Below are positions 36,570-45,682 of a DNA stretch of 64,000 bases, piece by piece. A program made the position numbers and the translations under genes. The notes beneath the pieces are model-generated. The model did not search any database. It saw only the letters and a list, made by a program, of their open reading frames with translations, and was not told the DNA's origin. How positions within the stretch are numbered: position 1 is the first letter of the stretch; each line of letters opens with the position of its first letter. The DNA is from an uncultured Eubacteriales bacterium (lineage in GTDB: Bacteria; Bacillota; Clostridia; Oscillospirales; CAG-272): positions 2,950 to 66,949 of the forward strand of contig CAKTAA010000003.1 in assembly GCA_934526185.1 (NCBI GenBank), given 5' to 3'.

Positions 36570-38735
36570 ATGGAATGGATTAACACAATCATCGGCACGC
36601 CGCTCGGATATCTGATGTGGCTCTGCTATCAGATCATCAGCGATTACGGAATTGCCATCATCATATTTACCCTGCTGACAAAAGTCGTCATGTTTCCCAT
36701 TTCCCTGCTGGTACAGAAAAATTCCATAAAACTGGTAAAAATGAAACCGGAGCTCGACGCGCTACGATATCAATACATCGACGACAAGGATGCATACTTC
36801 GACGCGCAGGCCGCGCTTTATAAGAAAGAAAAATACAGCCCGATGGCCGGTGTCTGGCCGCTGCTGCTTCAGCTTCCCATCATTTTCGGACTAATTGATG
36901 TGGTGTACAAACCGCTGAAGCATCTGCTGCACATGCCGTCCTCTACAATCGATGCGTTTGTGAGAAAGGCCGGCGAAATTCTCGGAACCTCAGATCTTGG
37001 CTCCTCTCCTCAGCTCAAAGTGGTGGAGCTGCTATCAAACGCTGACAATGTACCGCGCTTTTTAGAACTTCAGGACAGTCTCAGCGGTGTGGATGTCGCC
37101 TCGTCGATTTCCTCAATTCAAAGCGTACAGATGAACTTTTTCGGAATCAACCTGGCGGCGACGCCGAACCTGTCTCTTTCGCTGCTGCTTCTGATACCGA
37201 TTTTGGCCGGACTCTCGGCGCTTGTTATGTGCGTCATCCAAAACCGTATCAACGTTTTGCAGGTAGAACAGAACAAGCTGTCGCAATGGGGCATGACGCT
37301 CTTCATGATAGCCTTTTCCACCTATTTCGCCTTTCTCGTACCGGCTGGTGTAGGGCTGTACTGGATTTTCGGCAACCTATTCTCCATCGGTGTAATGTAC
37401 CTTGTGAATCTCATATACAATCCCAAAAAGTATATTGATTACAAGGCGCTGGCTGAAATAAAGCGGAAAACGGCGCAGGAAAAGGAAACCGCAAAACGGA
37501 ACAGGAAGCTCGCAAAAAAATATTACAAAGCCTTCTGCCGCCCGGAGAATCTTGAACATATGAAGCTGATGTTCTACGCGGAGGGCGCCGGCTACTACAA
37601 ATATTTTTCCAGCCTCATTGATCATATTCTGAAAAATTCCAAGCTGAAAATCCATTATGTGACCAGCGCTCCCGATGATCCCATCTTTGAATGCGGAGAG
37701 GAAAGAATCATCCCCTATTACGTCGATGAAACACGTCTGATATCCCTTATGATGAAGGTGGAGGCGGATATGGTGGTCATGACCACGCCTGATTTGGAAA
37801 AATACCACATCAAGCGGTCGCGCGTGCGCAAGGACGTAGAATATGTATACATAGATCACGGGTGTACCAGCATCAATCTGACATACAGAACAGGCGCCTT
37901 TGACTACTTCGACACGATTTTCGCGGTTAGTCAGGCACAAGCCGACGAGATCCGTGCAATTGAGAAGCTGCGCGGCACAAAAGAAAAACACATTGTTGAA
38001 TACGGCTACGGTCTGATCGATCAGATGATTGAATCCTACAAGGCGTGGCAAGCGGAGGAAGGCGCACAGCCATGTTCCCAAAAGCCGACAATCCTGATAG
38101 CGCCCTCCTGGCAGTATGACAACATCATGGACAGTTGTCTGGATGCACTTGTCGACGCTCTGCGGGATAAAGATTTCAGGATAATCATTCGTCCGCATCC
38201 GCAGTACATCCGGCGGTTTCCCATGAAAATGCAGGAGATCATCGGAAAATATCAGTCGTACTTCAGTGAGGATTTTATCATCCAGACGGATTTTTCATCC
38301 AATTCAACCGTATATACCGCAGACCTGCTGATTACGGACTGGTCCGCCATTTCCTATGAATTCAGCTTTACAACAAACAAGCCGACGCTGTTCATCAATA
38401 CGGAAATGAAAGTCGTCAACAAGGCATATAAAAAAATAAAAATTACACCGTTTGATATCACCGGACGCAGTCAGATCGGCCGTGCCATTGAAAAAAGTGA
38501 GGTATCCGGCATTGCAGAAGCAGCGGCTGAGCTGCTCGAAAATCAGGCGGCATGGGCGGAACAGATTGACGAATTAAAACGGTCGTATTTCTTCAACCTC
38601 GGGCACAGCGGCGAAGCCGGTGCTTCCTATATCATCGGCAAACTGACCAGAAAAAAGAAGAAAAAGAAAACGGCCGAGGTCCCCGCCGGAGATAAACCTG
38701 CAGACGGGGGAGCCACCCTGCCGGATAAAGAATAA
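36570..38735 (+). CDS. YidC/Oxa1-type insertase domain fused to CDP-glycerol glycerophosphotransferase (TagB/TagF family) domain
   Basis: Residues 1-~290: YGIAIIIFTLLTKVVMFPISLLVQKNSIKLVKMKPELDAL..LYKKEKYSPMAGVWPLLLQLPIIFGL is the YidC core pattern, with further TM helices. Residues ~330-700: TILIAPSWQ, IIIRPHPQ and LITDWSAISYEFSFTTNKPTLF are TagF-family motifs. Lys-rich tail. Confidence 0.7.
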   Translation: MEWINTIIGTPLGYLMWLCYQIISDYGIAIIIFTLLTKVVMFPISLLVQKNSIKLVKMKPELDALRYQYIDDKDAYFDAQAALYKKEKYSPMAGVWPLLLQLPIIFGLIDVVYKPLKHLLHMPSSTIDAFVRKAGEILGTSDLGSSPQLKVVELLSNADNVPRFLELQDSLSGVDVASSISSIQSVQMNFFGINLAATPNLSLSLLLLIPILAGLSALVMCVIQNRINVLQVEQNKLSQWGMTLFMIAFSTYFAFLVPAGVGLYWIFGNLFSIGVMYLVNLIYNPKKYIDYKALAEIKRKTAQEKETAKRNRKLAKKYYKAFCRPENLEHMKLMFYAEGAGYYKYFSSLIDHILKNSKLKIHYVTSAPDDPIFECGEERIIPYYVDETRLISLMMKVEADMVVMTTPDLEKYHIKRSRVRKDVEYVYIDHGCTSINLTYRTGAFDYFDTIFAVSQAQADEIRAIEKLRGTKEKHIVEYGYGLIDQMIESYKAWQAEEGAQPCSQKPTILIAPSWQYDNIMDSCLDALVDALRDKDFRIIIRPHPQYIRRFPMKMQEIIGKYQSYFSEDFIIQTDFSSNSTVYTADLLITDWSAISYEFSFTTNKPTLFINTEMKVVNKAYKKIKITPFDITGRSQIGRAIEKSEVSGIAEAAAELLENQAAWAEQIDELKRSYFFNLGHSGEAGASYIIGKLTRKKKKKKTAEVPAGDKPADGGATLPDKE

Positions 38736-38746
38736 GATAATCAGCT

Positions 38747-38825
38747 CCCGGCGCGTCTCTGTTTGGCAAAGACGCGCCGGGAATATCTGGGGCGAGCCGC
38801 CGGACAAAGTCCGGCGGCTCGCCCC
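38747..38825. terminator. Two tandem GC-rich hairpins between convergent genes
   Basis: CCCGGCGCGTCT/AGACGCGCCGGG (12 bp; 38747-38781) and GGGGCGAGCCGCCGGA/TCCGGCGGCTCGCCCC (16 bp; 38789-38825). There are no clear T-tracts. Confidence 0.5.
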
Positions 38826-38860
38826 CCCTTATCGTACTATGCAAAAATACTGTGCCCGTT

Positions 38861-39298
38861 TTATTGTTCATTATATCCCTTACGGTAAAGCGTAAGCCGG
38901 CAGGACGAACACAGTGTTTCTTTTACATACAGACAGCAATCCATACGGTACAGCGCCCCGTGGCTTGCGACAAGCACCGCAGTTGTGTCCGCCCTGCAGC
39001 CGGGCCTGACCTGCCTTCTGAATTCAGCGCCGTTTATATGGGTGAGCAGCGGCGTCGCACTCCCTGTTTTTTCTTCACGGAACAGACCGCACGCGCACTG
39101 CGCCATAATCTCGCACAGGATAACCCCGGGCACTATCGGATTTCCGGGGTAGTGTCCGTCAAAAAACCATTCGTCGCCACGAAAGGTATATGAGCCACAT
39201 ACCCTGTCCTCCGATTCCGGAATGAGCCGGTCCAGCAAAAGCATACTGCCCCTGTGCGGCAGGACATTCGTGATTTCGTCACCCTCCAGTATTTTCAT
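38861..39298 (-). CDS. FabZ/FabA-like hotdog-fold beta-hydroxyacyl-ACP dehydratase
   Basis: LPHRGSMLLLDRL ... FFDGHYPGNPIVPGVILCEIMAQ matches the FabZ active-site His region (FxGHFPxxPxxPGVL). Confidence 0.8.
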   Translation of the reverse strand: MKILEGDEITNVLPHRGSMLLLDRLIPESEDRVCGSYTFRGDEWFFDGHYPGNPIVPGVILCEIMAQCACGLFREEKTGSATPLLTHINGAEFRRQVRPGCRADTTAVLVASHGALYRMDCCLYVKETLCSSCRLTLYRKGYNEQ

Positions 39299-39341
39299 AG
39301 ATTCTCCGTATCTTTTTTCGCCTGCGCCGGTATTTGAAATG

Positions 39342-40034
39342 TTATCTCCCGTTCAGGGACAGCAATCCGTACAAATCTTTCAAATTTTCAATTATACAAA
39401 TCCCCCTCGGCTTTTTGGGGTAACTGCGTGCCGCAAGTACGGCATGCCATCCCATATCCTCTGCCGGCAGAATATCTTCGGTCAGCGAGTCCCCGACCAT
39501 CAGTGTGCGCCGGGAATCAAGCGCGTACTGAGCCGCTGCACGTTCAAAAAATGCTTTCTGCGGTTTGTTCACCTGAAGATCCTCCGACGAGCAGATAAAG
39601 TCAGGCACAAAGCCCTGACGCTGCACAGAATGAAGCAGAACGTCGTTATCTGCGTTGGTAAGCAGCCCCACTCTCCATTTTTTCCGCAGCACTGACAGGA
39701 CTTCATGCGCTTCTCGGAACGCCGGCGGTTCTGTAAACAGTTTTCCGAGCAGCGTACGGAAAGCCTCTTCGTCGCCTCTTACAGCAAAGGTCCGGCACGC
39801 ATGCAGATAGCTCTGTGCGAGAACCTCCGCTCCCCGCAGAAACGGCTTCCCCTCTGCCGTCAGCTTCAGACGGCGCTTGGCAAAGCAATAATAAAAAGCT
39901 TCCTCCGAATCCGCTTGTCCCCGTGCGGCCAGACGCTGCCCAAACCATTGACGAATCCTTACAAACGGCTCGCCCATATCCACCAGCGTTCCGTAATAAT
40001 CAAAGCATATGGTATCGACACTGAAACGCTTCAA
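39342..40034 (-). CDS. HAD-superfamily hydrolase (haloacid-dehalogenase-like subfamily)
   Basis: Motif I ICFDYYGTLVD, motif IV VGDSLTEDI. Apparent TTG start at 40034 with GGAGGA 7-8 nt upstream. Confidence 0.7.
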   Translation of the reverse strand: MKRFSVDTICFDYYGTLVDMGEPFVRIRQWFGQRLAARGQADSEEAFYYCFAKRRLKLTAEGKPFLRGAEVLAQSYLHACRTFAVRGDEEAFRTLLGKLFTEPPAFREAHEVLSVLRKKWRVGLLTNADNDVLLHSVQRQGFVPDFICSSEDLQVNKPQKAFFERAAAQYALDSRRTLMVGDSLTEDILPAEDMGWHAVLAARSYPKKPRGICIIENLKDLYGLLSLNGR

Positions 40035-40136
40035 CGCAGCTTCCTCCTGTTTTCTCGGTACTTCATTTCATAACGGCTGAACGCCTCTTATTCAGCCAGC
40101 CGCCGCATTTGCGGGCCGGGACATCCTGTTTTTTCC

Positions 40137-41462
40137 CTATATTCCTTCCGTTAAGCCGTTTTCTTTGAGTATCTGCCTGTTTAAGCTCTTTTCAGCGGCT
40201 GCCGCTCTGTCCAAAGCGTGAAAATACGTCATGACACGGCGGACGCGTTCAGGAGAATTGACACGGCGCAGAAGCGCCTCATACTTTTTTTCAAACGCTC
40301 CTTCCGGCAGTCCTCTCAGCTTATACAGCAGAGTGAAGCCGTCGTACAAATCCCAGTTGTCCGGCAGCTTTTCCGTCTCCTGCATCCTTCTGTAAAAGGC
40401 AGTGCCCGGAAACGGCGTAGCAACCGTAAGATTGGTACCATACATCGTGCTCTCCCATATGAACCGATATATGTCCTCAAAGGTCTGCTCCGTATCCCTC
40501 TCAAGGCCTAAAACGAAACTCCCGATAACACCGATGCGCTGGCGCTGTATCGCTTCCACAGCCTCATATCTCTCCTGTATTCTGCTTTTCTTAAAGCCAG
40601 ACGGATTGACTGTCCGCAGAGCCTCAGCGTCCAGACTCTCGAATCCGATAAGCAATTTTCGGCAGCCGGCGTCATACAGCCTGCTGAGAATATCTTTCCG
40701 CCTGTAAACCGATATATCTGTAAAGGCATACCAACGCACCCCCGTCCGGCTGAGAAGATCCAGGAGCGCATGGACGTCTCTGTGCCCTGTGAAAAAGTTG
40801 TCGTCGGTAAAAAAAACGAACGGATTTTTAAACAGACGGACAAGCTGCGCAAGCTCTTTTTCTGCCTGCTCCGGATCTTTTCTCCTCACCCTGCCCCCGT
40901 AAATTGCCGTGGAAAGGCAGAATTCGCAGCGGTGCGGACAGCCGCGGGACAACTGGATTGGCATACTGGAATAGGGATATTTTGCCGCCAGCTCATAGAG
41001 AGGGAGCGGCGATTCCGACAGAGGCGGTTTCTGTTCATCCGAATACAGCCGTTTGCCGCTGTCCGAAAGAAAATCGCCGATGCTTCGCTCCGCCTCCCCG
41101 ACAAATACGGCGTCCGCATGCTTCAGCGCTTCTTCCGGCAGCATAGTTGCGTGCGGCCCGCCCATTATGACACGCATTCCCCGCTTCTGAAACTGCTCGG
41201 CAAGTACATACGCCTTTCGAACCTGCGGCGTCGTCGGAGACAGGAATACGCAATCGTACCTTGTCTGCGGCAGGGTATCGTATTCTAAATCAACATAATC
41301 AACATCATATTTCGGCGCCAACAGTGCTCCGACTGTCAAAAGGCCGAGATGAGGCATGTTCCACAGCCGGCGCCGCGACCGGTATTCTGCCAGCTCCTCA
41401 AGGGATGCAGAGCGAGGATTGCGGCTTCTGTGTTCAAGCGAAAGCAGCAGGGCTTTGGGCAT
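40137..41462 (-). CDS. B12-binding-domain radical SAM protein (paralog 1)
   Basis: Start moved to MPKALLL (ATG 41462, GGAG upstream). N-terminal Rossmann-like block RVIMGGPHATMLPEEALKHADAVFVGEAE, cluster motif SRGCPHRCEFC (CxxxCxxC), FFTDDNFF. Confidence 0.85.
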   Translation of the reverse strand: MPKALLLSLEHRSRNPRSASLEELAEYRSRRRLWNMPHLGLLTVGALLAPKYDVDYVDLEYDTLPQTRYDCVFLSPTTPQVRKAYVLAEQFQKRGMRVIMGGPHATMLPEEALKHADAVFVGEAERSIGDFLSDSGKRLYSDEQKPPLSESPLPLYELAAKYPYSSMPIQLSRGCPHRCEFCLSTAIYGGRVRRKDPEQAEKELAQLVRLFKNPFVFFTDDNFFTGHRDVHALLDLLSRTGVRWYAFTDISVYRRKDILSRLYDAGCRKLLIGFESLDAEALRTVNPSGFKKSRIQERYEAVEAIQRQRIGVIGSFVLGLERDTEQTFEDIYRFIWESTMYGTNLTVATPFPGTAFYRRMQETEKLPDNWDLYDGFTLLYKLRGLPEGAFEKKYEALLRRVNSPERVRRVMTYFHALDRAAAAEKSLNRQILKENGLTEGI

Positions 41463-41551
41463 ATGATTTTGACTCCTTTCGCCGATAAAATGAAACTGCA
41501 CGGCGCAGCATACGACGCCATTCGATCTTCCGTCCTCCGGTCCGGCGTCGT

Positions 41552-42382
41552 TTATGACGGCGCGAAATCTGACGGTGCAAGACAGTAAACACAATGCGTC
41601 AGCGTATCGGTAAATACAATCCGTCCGTCTGAAAGCTGTGTGACAGCTCCTATATGCCCCGGACGTCCGAATCCCCATTCCCGGAATTTTCTGCGATCCA
41701 CCGCCGCTGCAATCTCCCCGCTTTCGACATTTAGGTGAAAAAGGGCGCGTGTCTCGCTGAACCAGATATTGCCCGCCGTGTCTGCCAACACGGATATGGG
41801 TTTGTGTCCGCAAAGCTCAAATGTATGTAACTTTCCCGTCTCCGTATGGTAACGCCGAATGCACGCGTACGCTGCGTCCGCAACATACAGGATACCCCGA
41901 TCATAAAAGATCCCGTACGGCTCCCCGCAGGGAATTCCGCGGAGAACCGTCATCTCCAGATTTCGATCTATTACACAAATTCTTTTGTTTAAAAAATCCG
42001 CTGCATAAAGGTTGTCTCCCTCTCCCCACGCAATACCTCCGGGGAGCCTCAGCGTCAGCCGACCGCGCGTCCGCAGCTTTTGCCAGCCAGCCGGCTTCTC
42101 ATAGACGTAAACCGCGTTTTCCTCCGCGTCGGTCACGGCAATACGCCCCTCCTTTACGCTGACGGCCAGAGGCTTCACAGGCTTGGCACAGCCTGCGCCG
42201 GCTCCAAGAGTCCGCAGGCTTCCGTCCGCCTCGCAAAAAGCGGCAACTCTGCCGTTTTCCATATCGCAGATATACAGCAGCTTTTCTCCGCTGTCATAGG
42301 CTGCGCCGGAGGGCCTTTGCAGCCCGCCTTCCGCGCCTATCCATCTTTCCGCTCTGTAAACGATTGACGTCGTGCCGTTCAT
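41552..42382 (-). CDS. NHL-repeat / six-bladed beta-propeller protein
   Basis: 276 aa with repeated ...LY(I/V)(A/C)D..N.R(V/I).. blades (LLYICDMENGRVAAF, LYAADFLNKRICVI, ILYVADAAYACIRRY). No signal peptide. Confidence 0.6.
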   Translation of the reverse strand: MNGTTSIVYRAERWIGAEGGLQRPSGAAYDSGEKLLYICDMENGRVAAFCEADGSLRTLGAGAGCAKPVKPLAVSVKEGRIAVTDAEENAVYVYEKPAGWQKLRTRGRLTLRLPGGIAWGEGDNLYAADFLNKRICVIDRNLEMTVLRGIPCGEPYGIFYDRGILYVADAAYACIRRYHTETGKLHTFELCGHKPISVLADTAGNIWFSETRALFHLNVESGEIAAAVDRRKFREWGFGRPGHIGAVTQLSDGRIVFTDTLTHCVYCLAPSDFAPS

Positions 42383-42633
42383 GCGTCGATATACCCTCGG
42401 ACAAGAGAGGCAAATGAGGCAATGTCGCGTATCTTATCCATATTCAAATCGCTGTCGTCGATTTCAATATCATACGCCTCTTCAATTTCTACAAGAATGG
42501 ACAGTGCCAAAATGGAGTCGATTCCAAGCGCCAGCAGCGGCGTGTCATAGGCAAGCGCCTCCGCCTTGCTCTTATCCTTCATTCGGGACGCAATGATCTG
42601 CTTTACCTTTTCCTCTACCGTGTTGTTCTGCAT
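42379..42633 (-). CDS. Acyl carrier protein
   Basis: 84 aa, acidic. Phosphopantetheine attachment motif LGIDSILALSILVEIEEAY. GAGAGGAG RBS. The stop overlaps the NHL gene start as ATGA. Confidence 0.8.
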   Translation of the reverse strand: MQNNTVEEKVKQIIASRMKDKSKAEALAYDTPLLALGIDSILALSILVEIEEAYDIEIDDSDLNMDKIRDIASFASLVRGYIDA

Positions 42634-42651
42634 ACAGCATGCTCCTCTCTT

Positions 42652-44241
42652 TTACGTATCTGCGCCGAATCGGCGGCAGTCCTGTGATTTTTCATGTATG
42701 GATTCCCCGCTGATTCCGGAAAGCGGAACGCGGAGCACACGGCTGTTGGCGCCGTCAAGAATCATCAGATTATTGCCGTTGATACACAGGGAGTTCGGGT
42801 TGGCCAGCCGTGTGTCTGATGCGTCTCCGGCCGGACTGTACCCTGCGCCAAGGCCGCCAGCCAGCGTGAAAATGCGGCGATCGCTCTTTCGGACAATTCT
42901 TACGCTGTGGCTGCCGGATTCCGAAATGTACAGATTTCCCGATGCATCCGTACATACTGCCGACGGCCGATTCAGTACAGCACACAATGCATCTCCTCCG
43001 TCGCCGCGTCCTCCGCTCCCTCCTCCGGCAGCAGTCCGGATTTTTCCGGTACAAAGATTTACCGCACGGATGCGATGATTGAGATAATCCGCTATGTACA
43101 GCACCTCCGCCCGAGAATCGATGCATATGCCGTAGATTTCCTGAAACGATGCCTCGGCGGCAGCGCCGCCGTCACCCGAAAATCCAAAGCGCCCGCTGCC
43201 TGCAAAGGTCTCAATGATGCCCTCTGCTGAAATACGACGCACGACATTATTTGCTATATCATTGATATACAGATTTCCGTGTTTGTCAGAGGCCACGCCT
43301 CCGGGCTTGTTCAGAGATGCACACGCGGCCGGTCCGCCGTCTCCGCCGAACCCCGCCTTTCCGGTTCCGCAAACAATGTGCACCCGTCTCACGCTTCCTG
43401 TCCTTCCGATATTTTCCAGCATGACAAGCTGATCGTTTCCGGTATCTGCGACAAACAGGCGATTTTCGATTGCATGCAGTGCCGTAGGCTTGTTCAGGCG
43501 CCCGCTTTCCGCCCTGCCACAGCCACTTCCGCCAAAGACAGGAAAAACGCGGCCGCCGCGGAGCATGACAACGCGGTGATTGTTTTGATCCGCTATATAA
43601 ATGGCATCTGTCACAGGAGATGCGGCGACCGCCTGCGGCTCCCAGAAAAGCGCTGTTTCCGCCGCTCCCCGGGAGGAGCATCCGGCATGTCCCCAAGCTC
43701 CGGCCTCATGGATGAGAGGTAGCGACGGTTCCAGCAGCACCCGCCCCTTATCCGGCTCCGCCTCGCTGCTGTACGTCTGTACGCAATTTCTCCTCCTTGC
43801 TTTTGCCAGAAGCAGCGCAGTATAGGCTTTACCTATCGTTCTCTCGGCCCGGTCTCCGCTGCTGCTCTCCGCAATGCCGGCGCTGAAGGTCAGACGGATC
43901 TTTTCATATCCCTCGCCGCCGGATAAAAGGCCCGCAAAGAACCGTTCCTTTCTGAACGCCGCCAGCGTGCCGCGGGCCATGCTTTCCGCCGCAGCTTTGT
44001 CTTTTTTTCGGAAGATAATCAGAAATTCGTCCCCGCCCGGCTCGTACAGCAGAGCCTCATTTTCAAAGACAGAGCAGAAAAAAGCTGTTATCCGCCGCAT
44101 TACAGTTCTGCATACATCGGGCGGAAACTTTATGCAGTATCTGAGAAAAAAATCGACGTCAATAAAAAGCAAACTGTACGGCCCTGTTTCTGCCGCGAGA
44201 ACACGCTCCGCTTTCTGTCTCAATCTTTCAATGCTGATCAT
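42652..44241 (-). CDS. GGDEF domain fused to NHL-repeat beta-propeller (paralog 1)
   Basis: N-terminal ~165 aa: LLFIDVDFF ... EPGGDEFLIIF ... LLLAKARRRN. C-terminal ~350 aa: NHL blades (AIYIADQNNHRVVML, LFVADTGNDQLVML, LYINDIANNVVRRI, LYIADYLNHRIRAV, LYISESGSHSVRIV). Confidence 0.7.
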   Translation of the reverse strand: MISIERLRQKAERVLAAETGPYSLLFIDVDFFLRYCIKFPPDVCRTVMRRITAFFCSVFENEALLYEPGGDEFLIIFRKKDKAAAESMARGTLAAFRKERFFAGLLSGGEGYEKIRLTFSAGIAESSSGDRAERTIGKAYTALLLAKARRRNCVQTYSSEAEPDKGRVLLEPSLPLIHEAGAWGHAGCSSRGAAETALFWEPQAVAASPVTDAIYIADQNNHRVVMLRGGRVFPVFGGSGCGRAESGRLNKPTALHAIENRLFVADTGNDQLVMLENIGRTGSVRRVHIVCGTGKAGFGGDGGPAACASLNKPGGVASDKHGNLYINDIANNVVRRISAEGIIETFAGSGRFGFSGDGGAAAEASFQEIYGICIDSRAEVLYIADYLNHRIRAVNLCTGKIRTAAGGGSGGRGDGGDALCAVLNRPSAVCTDASGNLYISESGSHSVRIVRKSDRRIFTLAGGLGAGYSPAGDASDTRLANPNSLCINGNNLMILDGANSRVLRVPLSGISGESIHEKSQDCRRFGADT

Positions 44242-44275
44242 ACAGGATTTTCCTCCAAATAAAAACAGGCTGCCG

Positions 44276-45655
44276 TTACGATTTTACAGCATTTTGGCGC
44301 ATGCCGCCTACAAAATTTTCCATCCCCGGAGAAAGGCGCCTTGTCCCGAAGAAAGCAAGCGAGCGATTGATCTTCCGCCGCAGCTTCTCCGAAATCCACG
44401 GTGTCTGAATTTTATCATAGGTAAACGACGCCCATCCCTCAAGCGACTGCGGAAAACGCATCCCGTAAGCCTGAGCCGTCTCGTACAGCGGCGTCCCTAA
44501 ATACGGTGAAAAAGCGAACAGGAGAATTTCCGCCTGAGGACAAACCGCGCGCACCTCACTGATGAGGGCAAGCGTGTTCTCCGTGTCTTTTTCCGGATTC
44601 CAGGGAAACCCGACCATGAAGGACAGCGTCGGCCGGACGCCAAACGACACGCAGCGCCGCACAAGCTCAAGAACCTCCCCGTTGGTATGGCGCTTGTTCA
44701 GATGCCTGAGCACATCGGCATCTCCGGATTCCACGCCCGCGATAACCCGGTAAAATCCGCTGTCCGTCAGCGCCTTCAGCTCCTGATGCGTAAACTTTAA
44801 AAACTGCCGGACAGCGGAGGCGCCGTCCCACCTGAGCTCCAGACAGCCCGCCCGCAGCATTTCGGAAAATTTCAGAGCTCGCTCCCGATCTACGAAAAAA
44901 TTGTTGTCAAAGAAGTGAACGGCGTCTATATCATACTGTTCCTTCAGGTATTTCAGATCCCAGTACACGTTCTCACACCCCAGCCCCTGCCAGCGCCTTT
45001 TGAACACAGCGCCGATAGAGCAAAACGTACAGGCATACGGACATCCGCGGCTCGACTCGTATCCGAGAATCCTCCGGTTTCCCCACCCTTCATGTATATA
45101 TTCAGGCATCCGGAGATAGCGGTATCCCCCGCGCATGCTCTTCGGAATCGGCATCCGCTCCGTTTTTTCTGTCTTTCCGATGATGATCCCGCCTTCCGGC
45201 AATTTGTAAGCCACACCCGGCATATCGAAAGGCTCCTCGCCCCGCTTCAGCCTGTCCAACAAGCGCGGAAGGATCCTCTCTCCCTGACCGATGACAACAA
45301 TATCCACAAGCGTATGCATAAGTGTTTCACCAGGCATCAGACTCGGGTGCCAACCGCCCCAGATCAGTCTGATTTCCGGCGCAAGATCTCTTACCCGCCG
45401 GGCAAAGCGCAGGCCGTTGGTAATCTGAGCGCTGGTTGTCGCGCTGATGCCGACGGCAAACACATCCCGCAGCCGCTCGGCAAGCTCACCGGTCTGGAAG
45501 GAACCATCCTTTAACCGTTCGTCAATAACTTCCACTTCAAACCGTGCGCCCACGGCCTCTGCAAGCGCAGCCACTGACAGAGGGATATCCGTATACAGCG
45601 GCGCCTCCGTCCCCTCGCTCTCAAACGACGGATAAAACAGCAGAACCTTATGCAT
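44276..45655 (-). CDS. B12-binding-domain radical SAM protein (paralog 2, divergent)
   Basis: Start moved to MHKVLLFYP (ATG 45655, GGAGGA upstream). SRGCPYACTFC cluster motif, HFFDNNFF. More divergent from the other five paralogs. Confidence 0.85.
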   Translation of the reverse strand: MHKVLLFYPSFESEGTEAPLYTDIPLSVAALAEAVGARFEVEVIDERLKDGSFQTGELAERLRDVFAVGISATTSAQITNGLRFARRVRDLAPEIRLIWGGWHPSLMPGETLMHTLVDIVVIGQGERILPRLLDRLKRGEEPFDMPGVAYKLPEGGIIIGKTEKTERMPIPKSMRGGYRYLRMPEYIHEGWGNRRILGYESSRGCPYACTFCSIGAVFKRRWQGLGCENVYWDLKYLKEQYDIDAVHFFDNNFFVDRERALKFSEMLRAGCLELRWDGASAVRQFLKFTHQELKALTDSGFYRVIAGVESGDADVLRHLNKRHTNGEVLELVRRCVSFGVRPTLSFMVGFPWNPEKDTENTLALISEVRAVCPQAEILLFAFSPYLGTPLYETAQAYGMRFPQSLEGWASFTYDKIQTPWISEKLRRKINRSLAFFGTRRLSPGMENFVGGMRQNAVKS

Positions 45656-45682
45656 AGAATTCCTCCAATCCATATCCTGGCT

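Noticed and set aside
41463-41813. Long N-terminal extensions in the ORF track (for example 40137-41813, 57986-59515, 17341-19188, 28816-29955, 27017-27187, 32377-33513)
   Set aside because: The extensions are Arg/Cys-rich, overlap upstream genes or intergenic hairpins, and precede internal ATGs that have good RBSs and family-typical N-termini. The shorter starts were used.
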